22,132 nucleotides of DNA, from contig JBHLRO010000036.1 of the NCBI GenBank assembly GCA_048882505.1, positions 1 to 22,132 on the forward strand, written 5' to 3'. Position 1 is the stretch's first letter. Each line of letters starts with the position of its first letter. The notes under the pieces were generated by a model. It saw only the letters and a list, made by a program, of their open reading frames with translations. It did not search any database and was not told where the DNA came from. Source of the DNA: Candidatus Thorarchaeota archaeon. GTDB lineage: Archaea; Asgardarchaeota; Heimdallarchaeia; Hodarchaeales; Hodarchaeaceae. This document shows, one piece after another, positions 1 to 7,652 of the stretch. The position numbers and the translations under genes are program-made.

Positions 1-8
1 CATTTGAT

Positions 9-85
9 GGGTCGGTGGTCTAGCCCGGTATGACACTTGGCTTACACCCAAGAAGTCGGCAGTTCAAATCTGCTCCGACCCACCA
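9..85 (+). tRNA. tRNA-Val (anticodon TAC), CCA encoded
   Basis: Acceptor stem GGGTCGG(9-15)/CCGACCC(75-81), discriminator A82, CCA 83-85. Anticodon arm CTTGG-CT TAC AC-CCAAG with TAC at 43-45. T-arm GGCAG-TTCAAAT-CTGCT. Confidence 0.97.
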
Positions 86-104
86 TTATCGATTCCCCTG
101 AATA

Positions 105-189
105 GCGGGGGTCTCCCAGCCAGGTCAAAGGAGCCAGGTTTAGGTCCTGGTCGCGTAGGCGTTCGAGAGTTCAAATCTCTCCCCCCGCA
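105..189 (+). tRNA. tRNA-Leu (anticodon TAG), class II with long variable arm, CCA not encoded
   Basis: Acceptor stem GCGGGGG(105-111)/CCCCCGC(182-188), discriminator A189 followed by TCC. Anticodon arm CCAGG-TT TAG GT-CCTGG with TAG at 141-143. Long variable region; T-arm GAGAG-TTCAAAT-CTCTC. Confidence 0.97.
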
Positions 190-214
190 TCCTTATAACC
201 GCAACGGACAGGTA

Positions 215-227
215 TTTTTTCTTCTTT
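215..227 (+). terminator. Possible oligo-T terminator of the tRNA pair
   Basis: TTTTTTCTTCTTT about 25 nt after tRNA-Leu. Oligo-T tracts are known archaeal terminators. Confidence 0.4.
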
Positions 228-253
228 CGAAGTATACTACGGATGAAATTATT

Positions 254-871
254 ATGACTGATTTTGAAGAAATCTTCACAAACCTTCGTAACCAATTAGA
301 AAGAGATAATAAAATTCGAGAAGAGTTGATAGCTCTAGGCCGGCAATCAATTCAGAAATCCTCAATGACAATCCGATATATCCATCGGGGAGAGTATCCG
401 GAAGCGGAGGTTCTCATCCGTGAAAACGAGGAGATCATTTCCCGTTTGAATAAAATCGCTTCTGAGATGCGATTTGTTCCTCCCGGCCAAATTATATCAT
501 ACAATCAGGAGTTCGCAGAAGCCGTGATATTAATGCGGTTCATGCAAAACAAACCTCTCCCTTCCCATGATGACCTTAGAATTCCATATATCTCTTATCT
601 ACACGGCCTAGCCGATTTCCTGGGGGAGTTAAGAAGGGTGGTGTTGGATTTACTACGTCAGAAAAACCATGCGGATGGATTAGAAAGAGCTAATCACATT
701 TTAAACGTAATGGAAAATATACATATTCTTCTAACTACTCTCGACTTCCCAGATGGATTAACACATAATCTCCGACGAAAATCGGATCGGACTCGAGGTT
801 TGATTGAGAGAACCCGAGGGGACATTACTTTGGCCGTGGTGATGTCAAGGGCAGAATCTTCCAGATCATGA
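254..871 (+). CDS. Translin/Trax family RNA-binding endoribonuclease (archaeal C3PO-like)
   Basis: Helical protein with family motifs REELI, QEFAEA (E86, E89), YLHGLADFLGELRR (D121, E125) and LRRKSD. SD-like GGATGA 7 nt before ATG. Confidence 0.88.
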   Translation: MTDFEEIFTNLRNQLERDNKIREELIALGRQSIQKSSMTIRYIHRGEYPEAEVLIRENEEIISRLNKIASEMRFVPPGQIISYNQEFAEAVILMRFMQNKPLPSHDDLRIPYISYLHGLADFLGELRRVVLDLLRQKNHADGLERANHILNVMENIHILLTTLDFPDGLTHNLRRKSDRTRGLIERTRGDITLAVVMSRAESSRS

Positions 872-1046
872 AACTGACGATTTCTGATTGTTTAGCGTAC
901 TCTCGGACCTAGGGATTAGGTCTCCGCCTTTTCCCAAGAAGGCTGCGAATACGAGATTTCCGAGCATTTTTTCGCATTGCCGGAGAAATTTGTGTATTAT
1001 AGGGCTGTGAGTTGGTCTTAACACGGCGTGCCGCTTTGGATTACAG

Positions 1047-1054
1047 TTTTTTTT
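1047..1054 (+). terminator. Possible oligo-T terminator of the translin transcript
   Basis: T8 run about 175 nt after the translin stop, in the convergent intergenic region. Confidence 0.4.
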
Positions 1055-1148
1055 GAAATGATTTGTGATTTATACTTCAGAAAGAGTTACCCGAGCAAAG
1101 AATCCAGACTACGAAAAGATGAGGATAAACGTAGGAGTCTTCTTCTCG

Positions 1149-2666
1149 TTACTTTTGAGACAACATACGATAACTTACGATCGGATTCCTTGCTGCTTTA
1201 ACATCATCAATTCTTTTAACGGAGGTATTGCGAGGTGCATGTAGAATCCTGTCAATTTTCCCCTCGTATGCGAGATCAGAAACCTCCTTGATCACATTGA
1301 TGAATCCATCTAAGGTTTCACATGCCTCCGATTCTGTTGGTTCAATCATCATGGCTTCCTTTACAATCAGGGGAAAATAGACCGTAGGAGGATGAAAACC
1401 CGCATCTAGTAGATATTTCGAGACATCAAGAGCGGAGACATTGGTATCCTTTACGAGCTCTCGTGCAGAAAGCACAAACTCATGCATGCAGAATGTATTC
1501 TTTCCAATAGGTACGGAAAATCCTTTTATTTCCTGAAGACGGGATTTCATATAATTGGCATTTAATACTGCCATCTCGGAGACTCGGGTTAGCCCTTGCC
1601 TACCTAAACGTAAAATGTATGTGTACGCTCGTAAAATTGTGCTAAAATTGCCAAAATAACTGCGAACTTTACCGATGGTCTGAGGATGATCATATTTGAG
1701 GAAATACTTGTCAGCATCTTTATCATAATCGACTGTTGGGACGGGGAGGAATGGATCTAGACGTTCGACGACCCCAACGGGGCCCGATCCAGGCCCTCCT
1801 CCACCATGGGGAGTTGCAAACGTCTTATGTAAATTAAAATGCACGATATCAAATCCCATATCTCCTGGCCGTGTTTTACCCAGGATCGCATTGAAGTTAG
1901 CTCCATCGTAATAAGCAAGGCCATCTACCGCGTGAATGAGGTCTAAAATCTCCTCTACATCCTTCTCGAATATGCCCAGGGTAGATGGATTGGTTAACAT
2001 AATGCCTGCGGTTCGCCCGGTTGTAGCACTTCTCAAAACCTCAAGATCTACGCAGCCGTTTTCGTCAGACGGGACAACAACTGCTCTGAATCCGCACATA
2101 GTTACTGTGGCAGGATTTGTACCGTGGGCACTATCCGGAACAATTATCTCTTGTTTTTGATTTAGTTTGTTCTTCATCTCATGATATCGCCTAATAATCA
2201 TCAAACCTGTGTATTCACCATGGGCTCCAGCGGCTGGTTGGAGAGTGACGCTATGCATCCCAGACAGTTCTGCCAGCCAACCAGCAAGTTCATACATAAT
2301 TTGTAGTGCACCCTGAACGGTAGTGGGGTTTTGATAGGGGTGTATAAGCTGGGCCTCTGGCAGAGATGCAACCGCATCACAGATTTTAGGATTGTATTTC
2401 ATGGTACAGCTACCCAGCGGATAAAATCCCGAATCTATCCCATAGTTCATTTGTGAGAGTCTTGTGAAATGTCTGATAACGTCGAGTTCACTTACTTCAG
2501 GAAGATCTGGCGGAGTAGACCGTAAGAGTCGAGAAGGAATCTTTTGAATTGCCTTGTGAAGAAGGTCGGTTTCTTGATCAGATAGCGTTGGAAGTTGATA
2601 GCCTGTTCTCCGTGGGATTGATTTTTCAAAAATGAACTCCTTGTCCCATTTCATCTGCTTAAACAT
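1149..2666 (-). CDS. gcvPB: Glycine dehydrogenase (decarboxylating) subunit 2, P-protein beta
   Basis: YPLGSCTMKYNP, LQPAAGAHGE, PDSAHGTNPA, YYDGANFNA, PLP-lysine motif HFNLHKTFATPHGGGGPG, HPPTVYFPLIV. GGAGG 8 nt before ATG. Confidence 0.97.
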   Translation of the reverse strand: MFKQMKWDKEFIFEKSIPRRTGYQLPTLSDQETDLLHKAIQKIPSRLLRSTPPDLPEVSELDVIRHFTRLSQMNYGIDSGFYPLGSCTMKYNPKICDAVASLPEAQLIHPYQNPTTVQGALQIMYELAGWLAELSGMHSVTLQPAAGAHGEYTGLMIIRRYHEMKNKLNQKQEIIVPDSAHGTNPATVTMCGFRAVVVPSDENGCVDLEVLRSATTGRTAGIMLTNPSTLGIFEKDVEEILDLIHAVDGLAYYDGANFNAILGKTRPGDMGFDIVHFNLHKTFATPHGGGGPGSGPVGVVERLDPFLPVPTVDYDKDADKYFLKYDHPQTIGKVRSYFGNFSTILRAYTYILRLGRQGLTRVSEMAVLNANYMKSRLQEIKGFSVPIGKNTFCMHEFVLSARELVKDTNVSALDVSKYLLDAGFHPPTVYFPLIVKEAMMIEPTESEACETLDGFINVIKEVSDLAYEGKIDRILHAPRNTSVKRIDDVKAARNPIVSYRMLSQK

Positions 2667-2667
2667 T

Positions 2668-4080
2668 TTAATCGCCTCCCTGGATTCTTAATGCTTCAGA
2701 AAACGCTGTAACATCTTCATCGATAGACTGAGTGGTAGACATCTCAGTAGCGGTAGCCAGAAAACAGTTGGCTAAATCAGGAAATGCTTGCTCAAGCGGA
2801 AATCCGATCGACTTATCGAAAATTATTGTTTTCTGATAATCGAGATTCATTTTAGGATCTAATTTGTATACAAATTCTCTAAACACAGGGCCCGAAAAGT
2901 AGGGAGATGTGATTCCCTGAATTTCCGAGAGACGATCCATCAAATAAGCAGTTCGAGACATGCAAGTTTCTGCTAGTTGTTTTAATCCTTGCGGGCCTAA
3001 CGTACCGAGAAAAACAGTAGCCGCAAGTGCATTTAATGCATTATTCGTACAAATGTTACTGGTTGCTTTTTCCCGTCTGATATGTTGTTCTCGGGTCTGA
3101 AGGGTCATAGTAAAGGCCCGTTTCGGAGATTCTTGTTCTGTTGTTAACCCAATTATTCTTCCGGGCATCGATCGAAAGATTCTCCTTTCGTTCCTTACAG
3201 CAAATAGCCCCAAAAGAGGGCCTCCAAAATCCATTGAAAGCCCTAAAGATTGACCACTCGCAATGGCAATGTCAGCCCCGCACTCCCCAGGTGATTTTAA
3301 TAATCCCAGAGAAATGGGATCACATCCTATGACAAACAGTGCTTCGTGATTGTTGGCCAGTTCCCCGATCCGTTCGACATCTGCCTCTATAATCCCCCAA
3401 AAATTAGGATTTTCCAGATAAATACCTGAGATTTTTCCGGCATGCGTACTCACAATTTCCTCAAGTGTTTCAATGTCAGTAGATCCAGAAATTCTATCAT
3501 AGGGGTAGGTTACAATTTTAATTTGAGGCCCCCGTGTGTAGGTCTCCAAGGTCTGGAATCTTTCAGGTTGAAGACATTCTGGAACAATAAATACCTCATT
3601 ATGGGTTACCCGCGTACACATCAGCGCGGCTTCTCCCAAGGCTGTTGCCATATCATACATTGACGAATTTACAATGTCCAGTTGCATTAATTCAGCAATC
3701 ATGGATTGATACTCCCACAACGCTTGCAGCATTCCTTGTGACATTTCGGGTTGATATGGGGTGTAAGAAGTATAGAATTCAGAACGATTGGTGATAGCTG
3801 GGACAGTTGTTGGAATGAAGTGATTGTATAGGCCAGCACCTAGGTACGGGTTTACCTTATCCAGCATTTGGTTCTTCGCTAAGATGGCTTTCACCCGTAA
3901 TAAAGTCTCTAGCTCTGAATGTGGTTCAGGAAGATCTAATTCGGTCGAACACCGTAAGTTGGAGGGGATAGAGGAAAATAAGTCTTCGATTGTTGTTACT
4001 CCAATGGTGTTAAGCATATGTTTGATTTGGTTTGAAGTTTGTGGTAAATATGGATGGGAAAACTGTGTGGAAGGCGGCAT
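2668..4080 (-). CDS. gcvPA: Glycine dehydrogenase (decarboxylating) subunit 1, P-protein alpha
   Basis: N-terminal HPYLP, LGAGLYNH, YTSYTPYQPEMSQG, SSMYD, GGPLLG, LQTREQHIRREKATSNICTN. Stop lies 1 nt before the gcvPB ATG. Confidence 0.97.
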   Translation of the reverse strand: MPPSTQFSHPYLPQTSNQIKHMLNTIGVTTIEDLFSSIPSNLRCSTELDLPEPHSELETLLRVKAILAKNQMLDKVNPYLGAGLYNHFIPTTVPAITNRSEFYTSYTPYQPEMSQGMLQALWEYQSMIAELMQLDIVNSSMYDMATALGEAALMCTRVTHNEVFIVPECLQPERFQTLETYTRGPQIKIVTYPYDRISGSTDIETLEEIVSTHAGKISGIYLENPNFWGIIEADVERIGELANNHEALFVIGCDPISLGLLKSPGECGADIAIASGQSLGLSMDFGGPLLGLFAVRNERRIFRSMPGRIIGLTTEQESPKRAFTMTLQTREQHIRREKATSNICTNNALNALAATVFLGTLGPQGLKQLAETCMSRTAYLMDRLSEIQGITSPYFSGPVFREFVYKLDPKMNLDYQKTIIFDKSIGFPLEQAFPDLANCFLATATEMSTTQSIDEDVTAFSEALRIQGGD

Positions 4081-4207
4081 TTAATAGAACACCACGGGAC
4101 ATCGGAAGTCCCCCTCCCATTTTAAAATATTCGGCAAGAAAAAGTGTAAAGATGGTGCCAGCCTGCGGATTAGTCGATCCCCTTGATCTGTATTTACTTA
4201 AGGGGGT

Positions 4208-4885
4208 TCAAAAGGTGGATCCCGCTTTTCTTCTGAACAATCGTCTCATGATGAATACACTGAAGCCAAAAGCGAGAAGAGGTAGTAAATATCCAATCAC
4301 AGGAAAAATAGGACCAGCGGCGATGGTTGGGCTAGGAAGGGGTAGACTATCTGGTTCTTGGGTAACGCCCGCCTTCCCTTTCAGGAGAATCTCAATGGGA
4401 ACTAAGGGTTCCGCTAGGATAAAGGATTGAATTCCGTTTATCAGCTGATAGGACACGTTAACAGCTGCGATTGCAACCGTACCAGTTCTGTCACTAGTCA
4501 CATTGAGTGTCATTGTGAATCTTTCGTATTGCTGAACTGGAACTGTGCCGAAGTAATAGGTGAGCGTCTGGTTGTCATCGGTCGAATCATTTTCTGGTAC
4601 CAGATCAGGTATGGTACTATAAAGAAATTCGAACTCAGATGGAATTTGAGCGCTCAAGCTGACATCTAAAACATCCTGAACATAAATATTTTTAATGGAC
4701 ACACTCAAGTTAAACCGTTCGCCTTGGTACACGCTGAGGGGATGAGCAACTTGGTAAACCTGAAGTGGATCCACTGCAACTCGCGCCAAGGATTCGTTAG
4801 AAGCAATAGCTGATCCAAGGATAATGTAAACCAAAAAAACAATCAGGATTACCCGAATTCGGCTCCTTTTTGAATCATCGGCCAT
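4208..4885 (-). CDS. Membrane-anchored surface glycoprotein with an Ig-like (DUF11/BatD-like) beta domain
   Basis: Start moved from 4942 to ATG 4885 because GGTGA lies 7 nt upstream. Basic N-terminus and hydrophobic helix (RIRVILIVFLVYIILGSAIA), beta-rich middle, Pro-rich linker (EPDSLPLPSPT), C-terminal TM helix and basic tail (MRRLFRRK). Six N-x-S/T sequons. The fold name is by resemblance only. Confidence 0.75.
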   Translation of the reverse strand: MADDSKRSRIRVILIVFLVYIILGSAIASNESLARVAVDPLQVYQVAHPLSVYQGERFNLSVSIKNIYVQDVLDVSLSAQIPSEFEFLYSTIPDLVPENDSTDDNQTLTYYFGTVPVQQYERFTMTLNVTSDRTGTVAIAAVNVSYQLINGIQSFILAEPLVPIEILLKGKAGVTQEPDSLPLPSPTIAAGPIFPVIGYLLPLLAFGFSVFIMRRLFRRKAGSTF

Positions 4886-5209
4886 TGCATTCTCACCGTG
4901 GTGTAAGCTGTTGTCACAATCGGTTTGGGATGTAAATCTCAATCGATTATCCGCTGAATCATTGTACGAACGCTGTGATTTAAAAGCCCTAATATAATCT
5001 TAGGAGCTTCTTTGATCTTCACTCAATGGAGTGATTCTCCTTCAATCTGGCATATTCCAGAATAAATTAGAGAAAAAGCGTCGGCCATCCCGTTAAGTGG
5101 TTTAAAATAGAATTTGACCGAGAATTATTGTGCACTAATGTTTGAAACGGTGAATTTTGGCGTAAGCTGGTAAAATTATATGTTAAAATCCCGCGCAGAC
5201 GTCCAAAGG

Positions 5210-5734
5210 CTAGTATGCTACGGCAGATCCTTGTAAAGCCATCAGTGTAGCTTTCTGGAACAGTTCATGGACGTTTTCTCCCCTCAATGCACTTGTCTCG
5301 ATATAGGGAGCCGAATATTCCCTAGCCAAGGCCGTACCTTCTTCGATTGATACCTCTCGTTTTCTGAGATCCCTTTTATTCCCACAGAGAATAAAAGGTG
5401 TGCCAGGTGAATGTCTTTGTAACTCACGCACCCAATATCGCACATCAAAGAACGATCCCCTATTTTGTAGATCGAATACAATCAATGCTACCCGTGCACC
5501 ATAATAAAAGGCGGGTCGCACACATCCCCACCGCTCCTGACCTGCTAGATCCCAAAGAACGAGTTTCACAAGGGTGTTCTTCAGTTGAGTGGTATGGACT
5601 TCAATATTCAGGCCCACAGTTAATTCATATGTACCTGGAATTCGTTGAGTCTTTAAATTTGAGCACAGGGACGTTTTGCCAACGGCACCGTCTCCAAGAA
5701 TACAAATCTTGGCTGCCACATCATTCATTGTCAT
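5210..5734 (-). CDS. Rab-like small GTPase (Ras superfamily)
   Basis: G1 GDGAVGKTS, switch I YELTVG, G3 WDLAGQE, G4 NKRD, G5 ETSAL; RabF-like KLVLW and FYYGA. GAGG 8 nt before ATG. Confidence 0.95.
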   Translation of the reverse strand: MTMNDVAAKICILGDGAVGKTSLCSNLKTQRIPGTYELTVGLNIEVHTTQLKNTLVKLVLWDLAGQERWGCVRPAFYYGARVALIVFDLQNRGSFFDVRYWVRELQRHSPGTPFILCGNKRDLRKREVSIEEGTALAREYSAPYIETSALRGENVHELFQKATLMALQGSAVAY

Positions 5735-5844
5735 TTGATGTTCCTCGGCAATTTTCGCAGGTTCGATAAAACTGAAACAGAATTAAAGAACGTATATTAT
5801 GAGCCTGATATACACATGAAACGTGTATGTAGCTTGGGTTCCCT

Positions 5845-6327
5845 GTGGTATTAACTCAAAATTTCTCCCATCCAAGGAATAGTTTCACCGCCAGCCATTT
5901 CTTGATCGGTTATGGCAAGTGTGATCGGTTGCATGGTCACAATTATGCTGTTCAGGTTCAACTTCAATATCACAATACATTTCAATCGGATCCTATTGAT
6001 TTTCGAGTTATTAACGAAAGAATTGGTACTGAACTACGACAACTAAACCAAAAAATCCTCATACCGAAGGAATCGTCAGCTGTTCAAATTTCCTCAACAA
6101 AAAATGGAAAAAATTGGCATGTATCGGTGAATGAGAAAATGTACTCCTTTCCTAAGCAAGATGTGGTCATTTTAGAGGGAATCGACTTGACCACTGCAGA
6201 AAATCTGGCCCAATACATCTTTCTCAAGCTGAGTAAGTGGTTCGGACAGTATTTTCCCCAGAAAATAGCAAATATCAGAGTTAACGTGGAAGAAAATTTA
6301 GGAAATCAAGCAAGTTATTCTGGCTAA
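5845..6327 (+). CDS. queD: 6-carboxy-5,6,7,8-tetrahydropterin synthase (PTPS/QueD family)
   Basis: FTASHF, C-x3-HGH motif (CDRLHGHNY), TAENLA, C-terminal VEE. GTG start with GGGT 5 nt upstream. Confidence 0.85.
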   Translation: MVLTQNFSHPRNSFTASHFLIGYGKCDRLHGHNYAVQVQLQYHNTFQSDPIDFRVINERIGTELRQLNQKILIPKESSAVQISSTKNGKNWHVSVNEKMYSFPKQDVVILEGIDLTTAENLAQYIFLKLSKWFGQYFPQKIANIRVNVEENLGNQASYSG

Positions 6328-6346
6328 GATTTTCCGGACGATAAAC

Positions 6347-6472
6347 TTAGTCCCAACGTCTCCCAGTGAGAATGAGATAACCTAGCACAAGGAGTCCAAT
6401 GATTAATCCCCCTCCAAGAAGTAGAAGAAGGCCGAGAGCGAGGAGAGTGAGAATAATCGAAATTATATCCAT
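6347..6472 (-). CDS. 41-aa hydrophobic membrane microprotein (not in ORF track)
   Basis: Manual translation from ATG 6472 to TAA 6349-6347: MDIISIILTLLALGLLLLLGGGLIIGLLVLGYLILTGRRWD. AGGAAG 8-9 nt before ATG and TTTTAAAT about 46 nt upstream. Confidence 0.75.
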   Translation of the reverse strand: MDIISIILTLLALGLLLLLGGGLIIGLLVLGYLILTGRRWD

Positions 6473-6517
6473 TTTAACCGACTTCCTAGCTAGTATGTAT
6501 TGAATGGAAAAACCAGT

Positions 6518-6525
6518 ATTTAAAA
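6518..6525 (-). promoter_or_regulatory. Candidate TATA box for the microprotein gene
   Basis: TTTTAAAT on the minus strand. A start site about 25 nt downstream would leave a ~20-nt leader containing the SD-like site. Confidence 0.45.
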
Positions 6526-6672
6526 TAGGCCCTTTCGGTATATTAAGGTTTTTCTGGAAAGAATGTTCTGATTATGAAATCTACTCCGAAACAGAAGATT
6601 CATATTGTTCATCATGTGTTTTGTCGGTATTCATTCCCGTTCGTAGCCGTTTTTGGCGAGCTCTGAAGAACC

Positions 6673-7143
6673 TTATTCTTCATATTTTTCGACTTCGGCT
6701 AAAATATAATCTCTAAGTCTTTCAGCATCCCCTATGGGAATAATACGTTCTGTATTTTCTATTTCCGCACTCAGATTTGTAGGTTCGATTTCTATGATCC
6801 ATGCTTCATAAGGAGTTTTATTCACCAATGCAGGATTGTCCAAAACATCAGAGTTGGCTTTTAGAAGGATTCCTGTTAACGGCAAACGCAGCGGGCCGAT
6901 CCATTTTTCGCTTTCGATGGTACCAAAAGCGGTATGCTGATCTAATTCCTTTCCCATCGGGCGGGTACGGATATGAAGAATATTTCCTGCTTGGGCCTGG
7001 CCAAAATCATCAAATCCGACTTCGAAAGTTGAATTTTTGGGTTTAAACCAGACATGGCCCGGGTCTAGAACGTAATAGTAACGGTCTAAAAGAAACGTGT
7101 ATTTTGCTCGTTCGGAAGCGATGTCTAGTCGTTCTTTACCCAA
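6673..7143 (-). CDS. gcvH: Glycine cleavage H-like lipoyl carrier protein (GcvH/LbpA-like)
   Basis: HVW, VGFDDFGQAQAG, lipoyl-lysine motif GTIESEKWIG, PLTG, NPALVNKTPY, WIIEIEP. TTG start 6 nt after GGTGA. Confidence 0.85.
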   Translation of the reverse strand: MGKERLDIASERAKYTFLLDRYYYVLDPGHVWFKPKNSTFEVGFDDFGQAQAGNILHIRTRPMGKELDQHTAFGTIESEKWIGPLRLPLTGILLKANSDVLDNPALVNKTPYEAWIIEIEPTNLSAEIENTERIIPIGDAERLRDYILAEVEKYEE

Positions 7144-7174
7144 AAGTTGTCACCCGCACTTCAACCGGCATAAT

Positions 7175-7531
7175 CTACGACTGGTTCTTTGATTTCACTG
7201 AATGGAAGAGATTTCTGAAGGTCGCACTAATAAATGTAATTATTTTTCCTTTTGTGTCCAGATTCGATTCCTCCAGATTGCCATATACGTCCACCTGAAT
7301 GAAACCATAGGAGTGACACGTCAGGCGGACGTGAGGAGAGCGAAAGACCATTATTCTCGGTGTTCTGGTTAAAATCCTGTAATCAAGTTTCTCCAGCCGT
7401 TTTACGATTTTTTCCATATCCCAGGAGGTTGACCGATCAAAAGAAATATACCATCGAGAGGGATTGTTCGAACAGGGTTTCACTCGGAATGGAATCTCGA
7501 TTTTACCCCGTTGTTTTTGCATCTTTCTCAA
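7175..7531 (-). CDS. Small basic hypothetical protein (alpha/beta, possibly helix-grip/TBP-like)
   Basis: 118-aa ORF co-oriented with gcvH and ending 31 nt before it. Pattern KPC...DMEKIVKRLEKLDYRILTRTPRIMVF...LTCHSYG. Start uncertain (TTG 7531, ATG 7522 or ATT 7543). Confidence 0.65.
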   Translation of the reverse strand: MRKMQKQRGKIEIPFRVKPCSNNPSRWYISFDRSTSWDMEKIVKRLEKLDYRILTRTPRIMVFRSPHVRLTCHSYGFIQVDVYGNLEESNLDTKGKIITFISATFRNLFHSVKSKNQS

Positions 7532-7652
7532 GGTGATAGCAATTCTCGCCTCCTTCTAAAACTATGGTCTTTTTACTACTTCGAAGTCTGATGTCGAAAC
7601 ACAAATTCATTAAACGCTCCCATTTTTCAGCGGTTTAAGGTATTTCTGACAA

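Noticed and set aside
1-253. tRNA pair as an integration site for a mobile element
   Set aside because: No integrase, no duplicated tRNA 3' end and no obvious compositional break in the window.
4032-4430. 132-aa plus-strand ORF
   Set aside because: Antisense to gcvPA and the surface-protein gene, with no recognisable motif; treated as a shadow ORF.
4886-4942. Longer N-terminus of the surface protein given by the ORF track
   Set aside because: The SD GGTGA supports ATG 4885, which places the signal-like segment at the N-terminus.
5398-5769. 123-aa plus-strand ORF
   Set aside because: Antisense shadow of the Rab-like GTPase.
6504-6716. 70-aa plus-strand ORF containing Cys residues (C...CSSC)
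   Set aside because: Overlaps the gcvH 3' end by 44 nt on the opposite strand, has no clear SD, has only three Cys, and covers the likely promoter of the microprotein. Not excluded, but unsupported.
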